Positions 8,860 through 16,449 of a DNA stretch of 32,000 bases are shown piece by piece (positions within the stretch are counted from its first letter, which is position 1; every line of letters starts with the position of its first letter). Location of the stretch: assembly GCA_021498095.1 (NCBI GenBank), contig JAIZWK010000001.1, forward strand, positions 1,740,001-1,772,000, given 5' to 3'. The DNA comes from Candidatus Harpocratesius repetitus (GTDB lineage: Archaea > Asgardarchaeota > Lokiarchaeia > Sigyniarchaeales > Promethearchaeaceae). A program made the translations under genes and the position numbers. The notes under the pieces are model-generated. The model made no database searches and was not told the DNA's origin. It saw nothing but the letters and a program-made list of their open reading frames with translations.

Positions 8860-10842
8860 ATGTCGACTCCAGATACACGCCCAGTTTTTATCTTTGATGC
8901 CAATTTTTTCATCGGATTGAAGGAAATAAAAGCAGAAAGTCCTTATACTAACTTAGCTCTTGCAAAAAAGAAACTTAACCTTCGTTTTTTTGTTTCTGCA
9001 CAAGTATTCAATGAGTGTCCATTTATTGTTGGAACAAATTTTAGAGATTTTAGTAAAGGTATAGAAATCGTAATGGTAAAGGATAAGGAATTGAATCAAG
9101 TAAAAGACGAACTCTTAAGGCGGGGGGTCAAATTGATGGCTCAAGATCCCGATTTGTCCCTTGTTGCTTTGGGAATTAAATTGAAAACTCCAGATAATGA
9201 AGTATATATTGTTAGTGATGATTTTAAACTTAGTCAAAATATTGAAAATTTAAATAAGGATATGAAATGTTTAACTCTTCCTTCATTCTTGCAAATGATG
9301 GGACAGAATTTAAAGGGAATATATCAAAAATACTGGAAATTGGTTCGTAAAAAGATACTTAAACTAAACTTGGATTATATGATAAGCCGTTCAGATATCT
9401 ATGCCCCTCAAGCGAAAATTGCATGGTTCATTGAAAATTCCATTGATATTGCAGGAATGGGGGTGAATCTTCGAGAATCAATGGATGAAAGCGAGAAAGA
9501 AAATGAAAAACTCGATTCTGAACGAAAACTGATAAAAATATGTTTCAATTTTATCCAAAATCGCAAACTTTCTAAAGAAGAATTCAAATTGATCAAACCT
9601 TTTGAAAAGTCGTTATTAAAAATTCGAAAAGAGCGAAAAAATCTTCAATTGGCTCAAGATTCTCTAATGAAGAATGATTTCAAAACAACTTTAAAAATTC
9701 TCAGACGCACTAATGAAATCTTAAATAGAAATTTCCAATTAATGGGCACAAAATTACAAGAAAAAGATTATCAACTGTTAGAACAGATCTTTGCATCTGA
9801 AATCTCAAAAGTTGTATTTTTACGATGTTTTGTCTTGATTGCATCCAACAAGTTCATTTCTGCATTAGATGCGCTTGATCAAACTGCTCTATTTGCCACA
9901 GTTGCTCGGTTACCAGAAACAGTTTTGGCTATAAACTATTTAAAGGCTCTTCTATATATTTTAAATTCTTATTACAATAAAGCAATAGATCAATTTAGAT
10001 TTAATTTTAGATTGGCTTCACATCTTCAAGTTCGTCCAAATATTGCAGAGATATTAAGGCTAAAAGCCGTTATTGGAAACTGTATTACGAATTATTTGAT
10101 TGATCAGCAACATGAAGCATTTGAATTGGTTTCTGATACGAAAAAAACTCTAACCAAAAAATCCATTCCAAATTTGATGCAAGCCTTACTTGATTCGGGT
10201 GAATATTTCTTAGCTATGGGTTTCCCAGAAATTGCATCTAATTTGTATTCAGAAGCTTTAGAATGTGCTATAGATTCAGGAAAGAAGTGGAAATATTCTT
10301 TTATTTTAGGAAAAATGAAAGAAGCTTATATGGCATCTGCTCTTATTGGAACAGAAACCCGTCCCAGTGCGGATATTTCTGTATTAATTGATAAATTCCA
10401 TGATCTTCAAGATGTCGATACCTACAATGAATTAATGGTTAAATTGGCCCAATTCACTAATAAATTTTACGAACCATTTCCATTTTATACCAAAGATAAG
10501 CGGAAAAAAACAGCATTTTCTCAACTTCCACATGAATTAAAAAATGAATGGCAATGTGTTAAGATCGAAGAAAGTCAAAAAAATGATGAAACAATTCTTA
10601 TTGGATTTAATGAGTCTGTTGGGTTAGTTGCATTTTCTGTATTGCTTGATCGAACCTTAGAAGGAGTTCCTGAAAATTATATTATCCAATTAAAACCGAC
10701 AGCAAAAGTTGTCATTGAAAAACCCAGCGAATCTGATCTCACCTCTTTTTTAATTAGAGCTACTATTAAAATCTATAAAGAAGAGCGTGATTTGAGCATA
10801 ATTCGAAAAATTCCAATTTTCTTCAAACAATTGCATAATTAG
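8860..10842 (+). CDS. N-terminal PIN domain fused to a TPR-like helical repeat region and a C-terminal beta domain
   Basis: PIN acidic motifs IFDANFF, VFNEC, DPDLSLVALG and VSDDFKLSQNI. Helical repeats such as YYNKAIDQF and FPEIASNLYSEALECA. Confidence 0.75.
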   Translation: MSTPDTRPVFIFDANFFIGLKEIKAESPYTNLALAKKKLNLRFFVSAQVFNECPFIVGTNFRDFSKGIEIVMVKDKELNQVKDELLRRGVKLMAQDPDLSLVALGIKLKTPDNEVYIVSDDFKLSQNIENLNKDMKCLTLPSFLQMMGQNLKGIYQKYWKLVRKKILKLNLDYMISRSDIYAPQAKIAWFIENSIDIAGMGVNLRESMDESEKENEKLDSERKLIKICFNFIQNRKLSKEEFKLIKPFEKSLLKIRKERKNLQLAQDSLMKNDFKTTLKILRRTNEILNRNFQLMGTKLQEKDYQLLEQIFASEISKVVFLRCFVLIASNKFISALDALDQTALFATVARLPETVLAINYLKALLYILNSYYNKAIDQFRFNFRLASHLQVRPNIAEILRLKAVIGNCITNYLIDQQHEAFELVSDTKKTLTKKSIPNLMQALLDSGEYFLAMGFPEIASNLYSEALECAIDSGKKWKYSFILGKMKEAYMASALIGTETRPSADISVLIDKFHDLQDVDTYNELMVKLAQFTNKFYEPFPFYTKDKRKKTAFSQLPHELKNEWQCVKIEESQKNDETILIGFNESVGLVAFSVLLDRTLEGVPENYIIQLKPTAKVVIEKPSESDLTSFLIRATIKIYKEERDLSIIRKIPIFFKQLHN

Positions 10843-10930
10843 TTAATGATTTAGAATTAACTTTTTTTCAGTGCTTTTTTATAGATGATTTCAGTTATTA
10901 TTATTTAGGAATAGAATTGAGTTGATTTTA

Positions 10931-11335
10931 ATGGGAAAAACGCGCTTCGTACATACAGAAGATTTGAAATATATTTTAAGTAGCCTTGTACTTCAAGGAG
11001 ATGTTTTTTCATTAGAACATGAAGTTCTTTTCTGGAAAAGCTTATATGATTCTATTGAAGCAGTTGAAGTATTAATCGAAACTCGTATTAAGCGATGGAA
11101 AGGATCTGACTTGGAAAAACCATTAAAATCTTTAAAAAAACAAACTACTAAATTCATTAAAAAAGTAAAAAAACTTGGAACAGAACATGGATCTTGGTGT
11201 GGTGCATCAGATGAATGCGCTCATCTTTTAAATCGTTATCGGATGCAGTGCATTCCAAACCTTTTGGAATTGGCAGGTTTTCTTGCTGAAGATGATCTCA
11301 CACGACAACAAGTCGAAGGATATTTGCTATTTTAA
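10931..11335 (+). CDS. Hypothetical alpha-helical protein
   Basis: 134-aa ORF from ATG 10931 (track TTG 10922), with amphipathic helical character. Confidence 0.65.
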   Translation: MGKTRFVHTEDLKYILSSLVLQGDVFSLEHEVLFWKSLYDSIEAVEVLIETRIKRWKGSDLEKPLKSLKKQTTKFIKKVKKLGTEHGSWCGASDECAHLLNRYRMQCIPNLLELAGFLAEDDLTRQQVEGYLLF

Positions 11336-11436
11336 AGATCAAGAAAGATAATATATAATATATCATTAAATCTAATCTTAATTTAAAATGAAACAAAAAA
11401 AATGCATTGTTAGTGTTTTTCAGCAGAAATATCTTT

Positions 11437-11724
11437 TTATCGAATTTTTTCATGCTTCCTTCTATCATCCCCTGCTCGAATATGAACCTTGTGTGTATGA
11501 ATTGCACATGAAACACAATACCAGTTCGTAACTTGGCGTCTGGGAACGATAGCGCCTGCATCTCGTAATTCTTTTCCGATAGTTGCATCAACTAAGGATA
11601 CATATTTCGTAACCCGCTTAGCTTTCCCACGAGGTACAAAACGACCACATTTGGCACATTGAACGGGTTGATCACGACCGGATTGTGAACCTGTTCGTCC
11701 ACCCGATCGTCGTTTTTTAGTCAT
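11437..11724 (-). CDS. rps26e: 30S ribosomal protein S26e
   Basis: MTKKRRSGGR...VQCAKCGRFVPRGKAKRV...YCVSCAIH...VHIR, the S26e zinc-finger signature. Confidence 0.97.
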   Translation of the reverse strand: MTKKRRSGGRTGSQSGRDQPVQCAKCGRFVPRGKAKRVTKYVSLVDATIGKELRDAGAIVPRRQVTNWYCVSCAIHTHKVHIRAGDDRRKHEKIR

Positions 11725-11922
11725 TAATAACTCACCATGTTAATCAGTTTATTTTCAATTAATAAAAAGGCTTATGAAAGGAAATTTAGCATTAAAAAAA
11801 AAATTTTGGATAAAAATCACAATTAAATCATATAATATTCAAAAATTAGCAATAAATTCATTACCCACAATTAATTTTGAAATGAAAGAAAAAACTTATC
11901 AACATTGAATTGGATAAGCAAA

Positions 11923-12615
11923 TCATTTATTAAGAGTTTTATACGAATAAACAATCCGTTGAATTAGTGTCCATGTGCATAGTGCACTAAAGATTAAAAA
12001 TAGAGCAGGAAACACCCAACGTATCTTGTGTTCACCCAAAATTTTTTCTTCTAGCGCAAACACTGCCCATTCGATAATATAAATAAATATTAAAATGAAA
12101 AATCTTTCAGCTCGTTCCATAAAACCTATTCCTTTCATGGAAATACCTTCAATTTCAGCTCTCGAACGGGTATATGAAATCATTAGCATTACTGTTAAAG
12201 TAAAAATACCAATTAAATAGTTAATTGTCGAATTCCAAGGCCAGATTATACCTCCAAACATTAACCCCATCATTGAAACTGCATCTGCAATCCTATCTAG
12301 TGTACTGTCTAAAAAAGCGCCGTACTTTGAAACCTTTCCAGATTTTCGTGCTACGGAACCATCCAATACGTCAATGTATCCTGATAAAAAGAATAGCCAA
12401 GGAGGAACACACGCCCACCACCACCAAATATTGGGAGTGATATAAGAATAATTATATAAAAATACAGAAGGAAAAGCAAATGCCACGCCTGCCAGAACTG
12501 AAAGAGCAAATCCGAATAAACTCAACTGGTTGGGGGTTATGTGATGCTTAATACACCATCGACTGGGGCCATCAACAAATTTTGGAAGTAGATAGCGATA
12601 ATTATTTAAAACCAT
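11923..12615 (-). CDS. CDP-alcohol phosphatidyltransferase (archaetidylinositol-phosphate synthase-like)
   Basis: ITPNQLS, the motif DVLDGSVARKSGKVSKYGAFLDSTLDRIAD, SYTRSRAE and GFMERAER, with multiple TM helices. Confidence 0.92.
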   Translation of the reverse strand: MVLNNYRYLLPKFVDGPSRWCIKHHITPNQLSLFGFALSVLAGVAFAFPSVFLYNYSYITPNIWWWWACVPPWLFFLSGYIDVLDGSVARKSGKVSKYGAFLDSTLDRIADAVSMMGLMFGGIIWPWNSTINYLIGIFTLTVMLMISYTRSRAEIEGISMKGIGFMERAERFFILIFIYIIEWAVFALEEKILGEHKIRWVFPALFLIFSALCTWTLIQRIVYSYKTLNK

Positions 12616-12757
12616 AATTTCGACCCTTTTTTATTTACAATCTAATTAAGAATACAAAATTAATAAGGTATCTTAAAGTAATTACAGAATTAATGGCAGA
12701 AAATAAGCTTTAGAAATAGAAAGAATCGAATAGATTAATAGTATAAAGAGTATTAAG

Positions 12758-13082
12758 GCATGATCTGTATCCGTTTTATAACCTTTGCGATCATTGTTAG
12801 GAAAAACCTAGTGCTCTCGCAACCTCTTCTCTAAAAACGGAAAATATGATTCATGCGGGCCAATATTTCTTGTTGCGGAGTAGGGTTGCTGACGATCTCA
12901 TCATTGCAAGCTCACGGCTGCCTCAGAGATGAGCCTAATTTCCGACTTAAAGAAATATTAACTCGGGGTTGTTGTCAGGATGCTTATGCTCGAAAATTTC
13001 ATTCGGAGACTTGATACAGTCAATTAACCGTCTATCTCGTCCTCGGTATCACATGACAAAAAAACGACCCGTCATTGTTCCC
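12758..13082 (-). ncRNA. Candidate multi-hairpin box H/ACA pseudouridylation guide RNA
   Basis: Non-coding and GC-richer than its flanks. Two hairpins (12944-12871 and 12841-12766) each have a lower stem, an internal pocket, an upper stem with tandem GA K-turn motif, and ACA (12873-12871; 12768-12766) 14-16 nt from the pocket top. TATA/BRE lie upstream. Confidence 0.7.
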
Positions 13083-13104
13083 TAAATTTATTAAAAGAAT
13101 AAAA

Positions 13105-13119
13105 TTATATATTCCTTCT
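13105..13119 (-). promoter_or_regulatory. Putative BRE-TATA promoter of the ncRNA
   Basis: Minus strand AGAAGGAA-TATATAA, with the TATA centre about 26 nt upstream of GGGAAC at 13082. Confidence 0.5.
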
Positions 13120-13135
13120 TATGATAATTTTTTAC

Positions 13136-13151
13136 TGATCAAAGTTGATCA
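13136..13151. repeat. TGATCA-N4-TGATCA box (copy 1)
   Basis: TGATCAAAGTTGATCA. It matches the reverse complement of 14047-14062 at 15 of 16 positions. Confidence 0.55.
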
Positions 13152-13311
13152 ACCACTATCATTGGTGGTTATTACAATAATAGATTGAGAGTTTATAAAG
13201 TTTTGGAAAAAAATTGAAGAGATCTCGCCTAAAATATGCCTAAAATCCACTGATTTGGCAATTTCAAAGAATTGGATTGTAAAAAAAAATTAAAATCTCG
13301 GAAATATTATG

Positions 13312-13446
13312 CTATCCATCAAATCCTTCTTCATTTTCTTCGCTCTGCTGCTTAGTAATCGGAGTATCTTCAATTTTTTTGGAATTCTCAGTATTTGTTT
13401 CACCAGAAACTGGTAGTTCTTCTTTTTTGGTTTGTGCATCAGCCAT
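13312..13446 (-). CDS. Small acidic, low-complexity ORF (44 aa), not in the track
   Basis: MADAQTKKEELPVSGETNTENSKKIEDTPITKQQSEENEEGFDG*, ATG to TAG. Its E/K-rich composition resembles the real disordered regions in this window. Confidence 0.45.
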   Translation of the reverse strand: MADAQTKKEELPVSGETNTENSKKIEDTPITKQQSEENEEGFDG

Positions 13447-13458
13447 AATGATCAACCG

Positions 13459-13512
13459 TTTGATAGATTATGGTATATTTAAGGGTTATACGGTTTTGAT
13501 TTGATAGATTAT
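13459..13512 (+). repeat. 13-bp direct repeat TTTGATAGATTAT (13459-13471, 13500-13512)
   Basis: Two exact copies 41 bp apart, at the point where tnpA homology ends. Confidence 0.6.
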
Positions 13513-13513
13513 T

Positions 13514-14010
13514 GATTATCGATACATCAAAAATTCTGCAAACATATTCTAAAAACGGAAATCCGAATCTTGTGAGCCGATCCTTATTGGCGATCAGCAC
13601 CTGTGCCACCTTTCTCTGCACAATTTGCTACATCAGCCGCCACAACCCTCTGCGCATCGGATTCAAGCCTGAACCGTATTCTTTAATAATTTTTGCAGGT
13701 GATTCCTCAGTAAAATGCTCTTTGTGATATTTTTTCAAGCGTTCAACTTGTCTGTCAAGATTTCCATCCTTTTCTGTTTGGCAGATGAGACTCTGGCATA
13801 AACATAGGTCGATTTTACCGTTTCCTCCGCTTGTTGGCATGGAAGATTAACCGATTCGGGCAGAAAATCCGCCAACTGTTCCTATAAGTATCGGCGGTGA
13901 TTTCCAAATGTCCTTTTAGGAACGAGGTATCCTTTTTTATCCCATCTGCGTAGAGTTGCGGGAGTAACTCCAAGAAGGCATGAAGTTTCGGAGATAGTTA
14001 GTATAGAATT
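13514..14010 (-). pseudogene. tnpA: IS607-family serine recombinase/transposase TnpA, decayed and 3'-truncated, with no tnpB
   Basis: Reconstructed reading: LTISETSCLLGVTPATLRRWDKKG...GNHRRY (MerR-like HTH), stop TAG 13884-13882, YARVSSAKQK, frameshift near 13770, DGNLDRQ...IKEYGSGLNPMRRGL, stop TAG 13630-13628, then NKDRLTRFGF. No start codon is visible. Confidence 0.9.
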
Positions 14011-14046
14011 AAATTTGGGGAAGATCTATATAAATTAAGCGATCAA

Positions 14047-14062
14047 TGATCAAGTTTGATCA
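14047..14062. repeat. TGATCA-N4-TGATCA box (copy 2), with a third partial GATCA at 14041
   Basis: TGATCAAGTTTGATCA, just upstream of the tnpA remnant and its TTTATATA box. Confidence 0.55.
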
Positions 14063-14188
14063 AAAATTTTTTTGCTGTTGATAAGTTTCATTATAGTTAA
14101 TATGTTGATCTAAATGATATCGTGATATTATTTGGATATCTCCTAAATATTAACCGAATCTAAATCAATCAATATTTTTTGGTTTTAT

Positions 14189-14593
14189 ATGGCATTCCCT
14201 GAAAGTGCAGTGGAAAAATATAATACAAATTCTGATGTAAAAATTAATGAATTAGAAAATGCGAATCAGGGTCTTCTAACACGCCAAATGCTTCAGAAAT
14301 TTACTTACTCAATTAAGAAGTGTTTTCCCACATGTGTGGCGACGGTTTTGACCGATCCTCATGGATTTCCTGTTTATTCTGAAATTGAAGCCGATTTGGA
14401 TGAAAATTTACTCGCACTTAGTGCCATTGAAGAACGGCGCAAATTTCTTGATTTGCATGAGTATCACAAGATTATTAAACCAGTCGGAAAAGAAATTCGA
14501 ATGATAATTCTTCTCAAAAAAGCAAGGCAAAACTACGTGCATTACGGCAATTTTGAGCGAACTTTCAAATATCATGCTAAACAGATGGGTTAG
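14189..14593 (+). CDS. Hypothetical protein, possible Roadblock/LAMTOR-like domain
   Basis: A helix (LTRQMLQKFTYSIKK), then CVATVLTDPHGFPVYSE and LDENLLAL, resemble the roadblock alpha-beta-beta-alpha start. Confidence 0.55.
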   Translation: MAFPESAVEKYNTNSDVKINELENANQGLLTRQMLQKFTYSIKKCFPTCVATVLTDPHGFPVYSEIEADLDENLLALSAIEERRKFLDLHEYHKIIKPVGKEIRMIILLKKARQNYVHYGNFERTFKYHAKQMG

Positions 14594-14684
14594 CCGCATT
14601 AAAAAAGAGATTTTGATAATGTTTTCAAAAATTGATTGATTATTTTTAGAAATTCAATAAATGATATTATTGTTATTTTTTTTA

Positions 14685-15641
14685 TTATTTATTACATCGT
14701 TTGGTTGGAAGTACAATATTTAGTTTGGTCACCAATTCTTTAAAGCGGTTCCTGACTGTAACTTCAGTTACTTGGGAAATACGCGCAATATCTCTCTGAG
14801 TTCGACGTTCTCTATAATATATCGATGCAACATATATAGCTGCGGCTGCCACACCTGTAGGACCTCTTCCTGATGTTAATCCTCTTTTCTCAGCAAGTGC
14901 TATTATTTGGTTGGCTTTTTTCGCTACTCTAGCGCTTAATTTCAATTCTGAAACAAACCGATTAACATAATCAGTAGCTTTAGTTGGATTGGAAGATAAA
15001 TTAAGTTTTGAAGCTACAAATCGATAACTTCTTCCAATTTCTTTTTTATCTACTCTTGCGTTTTCTGAAATTTCCTGCAATGTTCGAGGAATTTTGCACA
15101 TTCGACATGCTGCATAAAGAGATGCTGCTGCAACTCCCTCAATTGACCTTCCTCTTATTAAATGGTTACTAACAGCAGAACGGTATATTTTAGCTGCTGA
15201 TTCACGTAAATTTTTCGGTAATCCTAAAACTGAGCTCATACGATCTAATTCAGAAAGTGCAAACGTAAGATTTCTTTCGGTTGCATCAGAAACTCGAATA
15301 CGGGACTGCCAGCGACGCAATCGATAGATTTGACTTCGCAATCGAGAAGGAATTTCACGACCCGCATAATCACGATTTTTCCAATCAATGATGGTGCTTA
15401 AACCTTGATCGTGAATAGTTAAAGTCATTGGTGCACCAACCCTGGTACGTTTCTCTCTTTGATCTGAATCGAAAGCACGCCATTCTGCGCCTGGATCGAT
15501 TAATTTAGTACTCAAAACTAAGCCACAATGAGGACAGATTACTTCTCCTCGTTGAGTATCCATAATTGTATCATAACTATGGCATATTGGACAATAATCG
15601 TTTGTATCCATATCATCAAATTCTGTGCTTTTTTCCATCAA
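14685..15641 (-). CDS. tfb: Transcription initiation factor IIB (TFB)
   Basis: Zn ribbon CPIC...CPHCG, B-reader EWRAF, ERTRVGAP, two cyclin repeats (ERNL, RGRS, GRGPTG) and [13 protein letters not shown]. It reads on the MINUS strand (TTG at 15641); the track's '+' is wrong. Confidence 0.98.
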   Translation of the reverse strand: MMEKSTEFDDMDTNDYCPICHSYDTIMDTQRGEVICPHCGLVLSTKLIDPGAEWRAFDSDQREKRTRVGAPMTLTIHDQGLSTIIDWKNRDYAGREIPSRLRSQIYRLRRWQSRIRVSDATERNLTFALSELDRMSSVLGLPKNLRESAAKIYRSAVSNHLIRGRSIEGVAAASLYAACRMCKIPRTLQEISENARVDKKEIGRSYRFVASKLNLSSNPTKATDYVNRFVSELKLSARVAKKANQIIALAEKRGLTSGRGPTGVAAAAIYVASIYYRERRTQRDIARISQVTEVTVRNRFKELVTKLNIVLPTKRCNK

Positions 15642-15674
15642 GTAAATACCTCTTGTTTAAAGATTAGATTAAGT

Positions 15675-16115
15675 TTAAGATTTTTGGAGATCTGATTTGT
15701 AAGATTTTGAATTAAAACTTTTAGGTTTGGGATTTTTATTTTTGAACGCTTTAGGATTTCCTTTTGGATTTGCAGTTAACCTTAATTTCGGATTTTTTGG
15801 ATTTGATTTAGAATGAAACTTTGCTTTTTTAATTTTAGTTCTCCGTGACTTTTGAGCAGAAGAGAGTGTGAATAAAGCAGATCCTTTTTTAATATTGTAT
15901 TTTTTAAAAATTTCTGCATCTGAATGAAATGGTTTGACCGAAACAAATGGTTTATTCACAGGACCAAAAATATCTGTGATGATACCTATTTTTTGCTTTT
16001 CTGAAGAATATACTTTTTCTCCAATATCAGGTAGCTTTTTATCAAAAGCTCCTTCAATACTTCGCAAAATGATATGATTTGAATGAGCAATGCCGATAAT
16101 TTTCCCAATGTTCAC
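15675..16115 (-). CDS. gar1: Gar1/Naf1 family H/ACA RNP protein with a Lys-rich tail
   Basis: IGEKVY...KIGIITDIFGPVNKPFVSVKP, directly upstream of tfb as in the usual archaeal gar1-tfb arrangement. Minus strand (GTG at 16115); the track's '+' is wrong. Confidence 0.9.
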   Translation of the reverse strand: MNIGKIIGIAHSNHIILRSIEGAFDKKLPDIGEKVYSSEKQKIGIITDIFGPVNKPFVSVKPFHSDAEIFKKYNIKKGSALFTLSSAQKSRRTKIKKAKFHSKSNPKNPKLRLTANPKGNPKAFKNKNPKPKSFNSKSYKSDLQKS

Positions 16116-16449
16116 AGTTCAAGAGCTCCCAAGGTACGATTATAAATTGATTAGGAAATATGAAAAAAAATCCCAAATGGTTGAGAATGGTTCAAATATA
16201 TTATAATAAAAAAGGGAATAACCATTTAAATCTTCGGATGAGACCCCATTTACTTAAAAAAATCTTGAAGTAAATCCAAATTTACCCGAACGAAAAAATA
16301 GAAGAAATAATATTTCCACTGTTCTTGTTTCTAAGCTTTTATTCGCTTTAGCGGATTTACTAAGAATTTAATTTTAAATGAAATTTAGGAAAATATTTTT
16401 ACCCAAATGGTAATCCAATAAAAAAAATTACAACTTAAAAGTTTTATTA

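Noticed and set aside
12758-13082. RNase P RNA or SRP (7S) RNA identity for the structured region
   Set aside because: There is no GAGGAAAGUCC/CR-V P4 pseudoknot and no SRP helix-8 CAGG...GNRA...AGCA motif on either strand. Only an Alu-like resemblance remains, and it is noted as a finding.
12758-13082. IS200/605 or IS607 omega/reRNA belonging to the neighbouring transposon
   Set aside because: No tnpB or iscB is present. The RNA has its own promoter, K-turns and ACA boxes, and rRNA complementarity fits an H/ACA guide better.
13439-13840. Track ORFs 13439-13621, 13512-13727 and 13628-13840 as independent genes
   Set aside because: The two minus-strand ORFs are fragments of one broken tnpA. 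The plus-strand ORF is its antisense shadow.
16116-16449. Possible small ORF or RNA between gar1 and engB
   Set aside because: Open stretches lack a start codon or are under 40 codons, and no stable conserved-looking structure was found.
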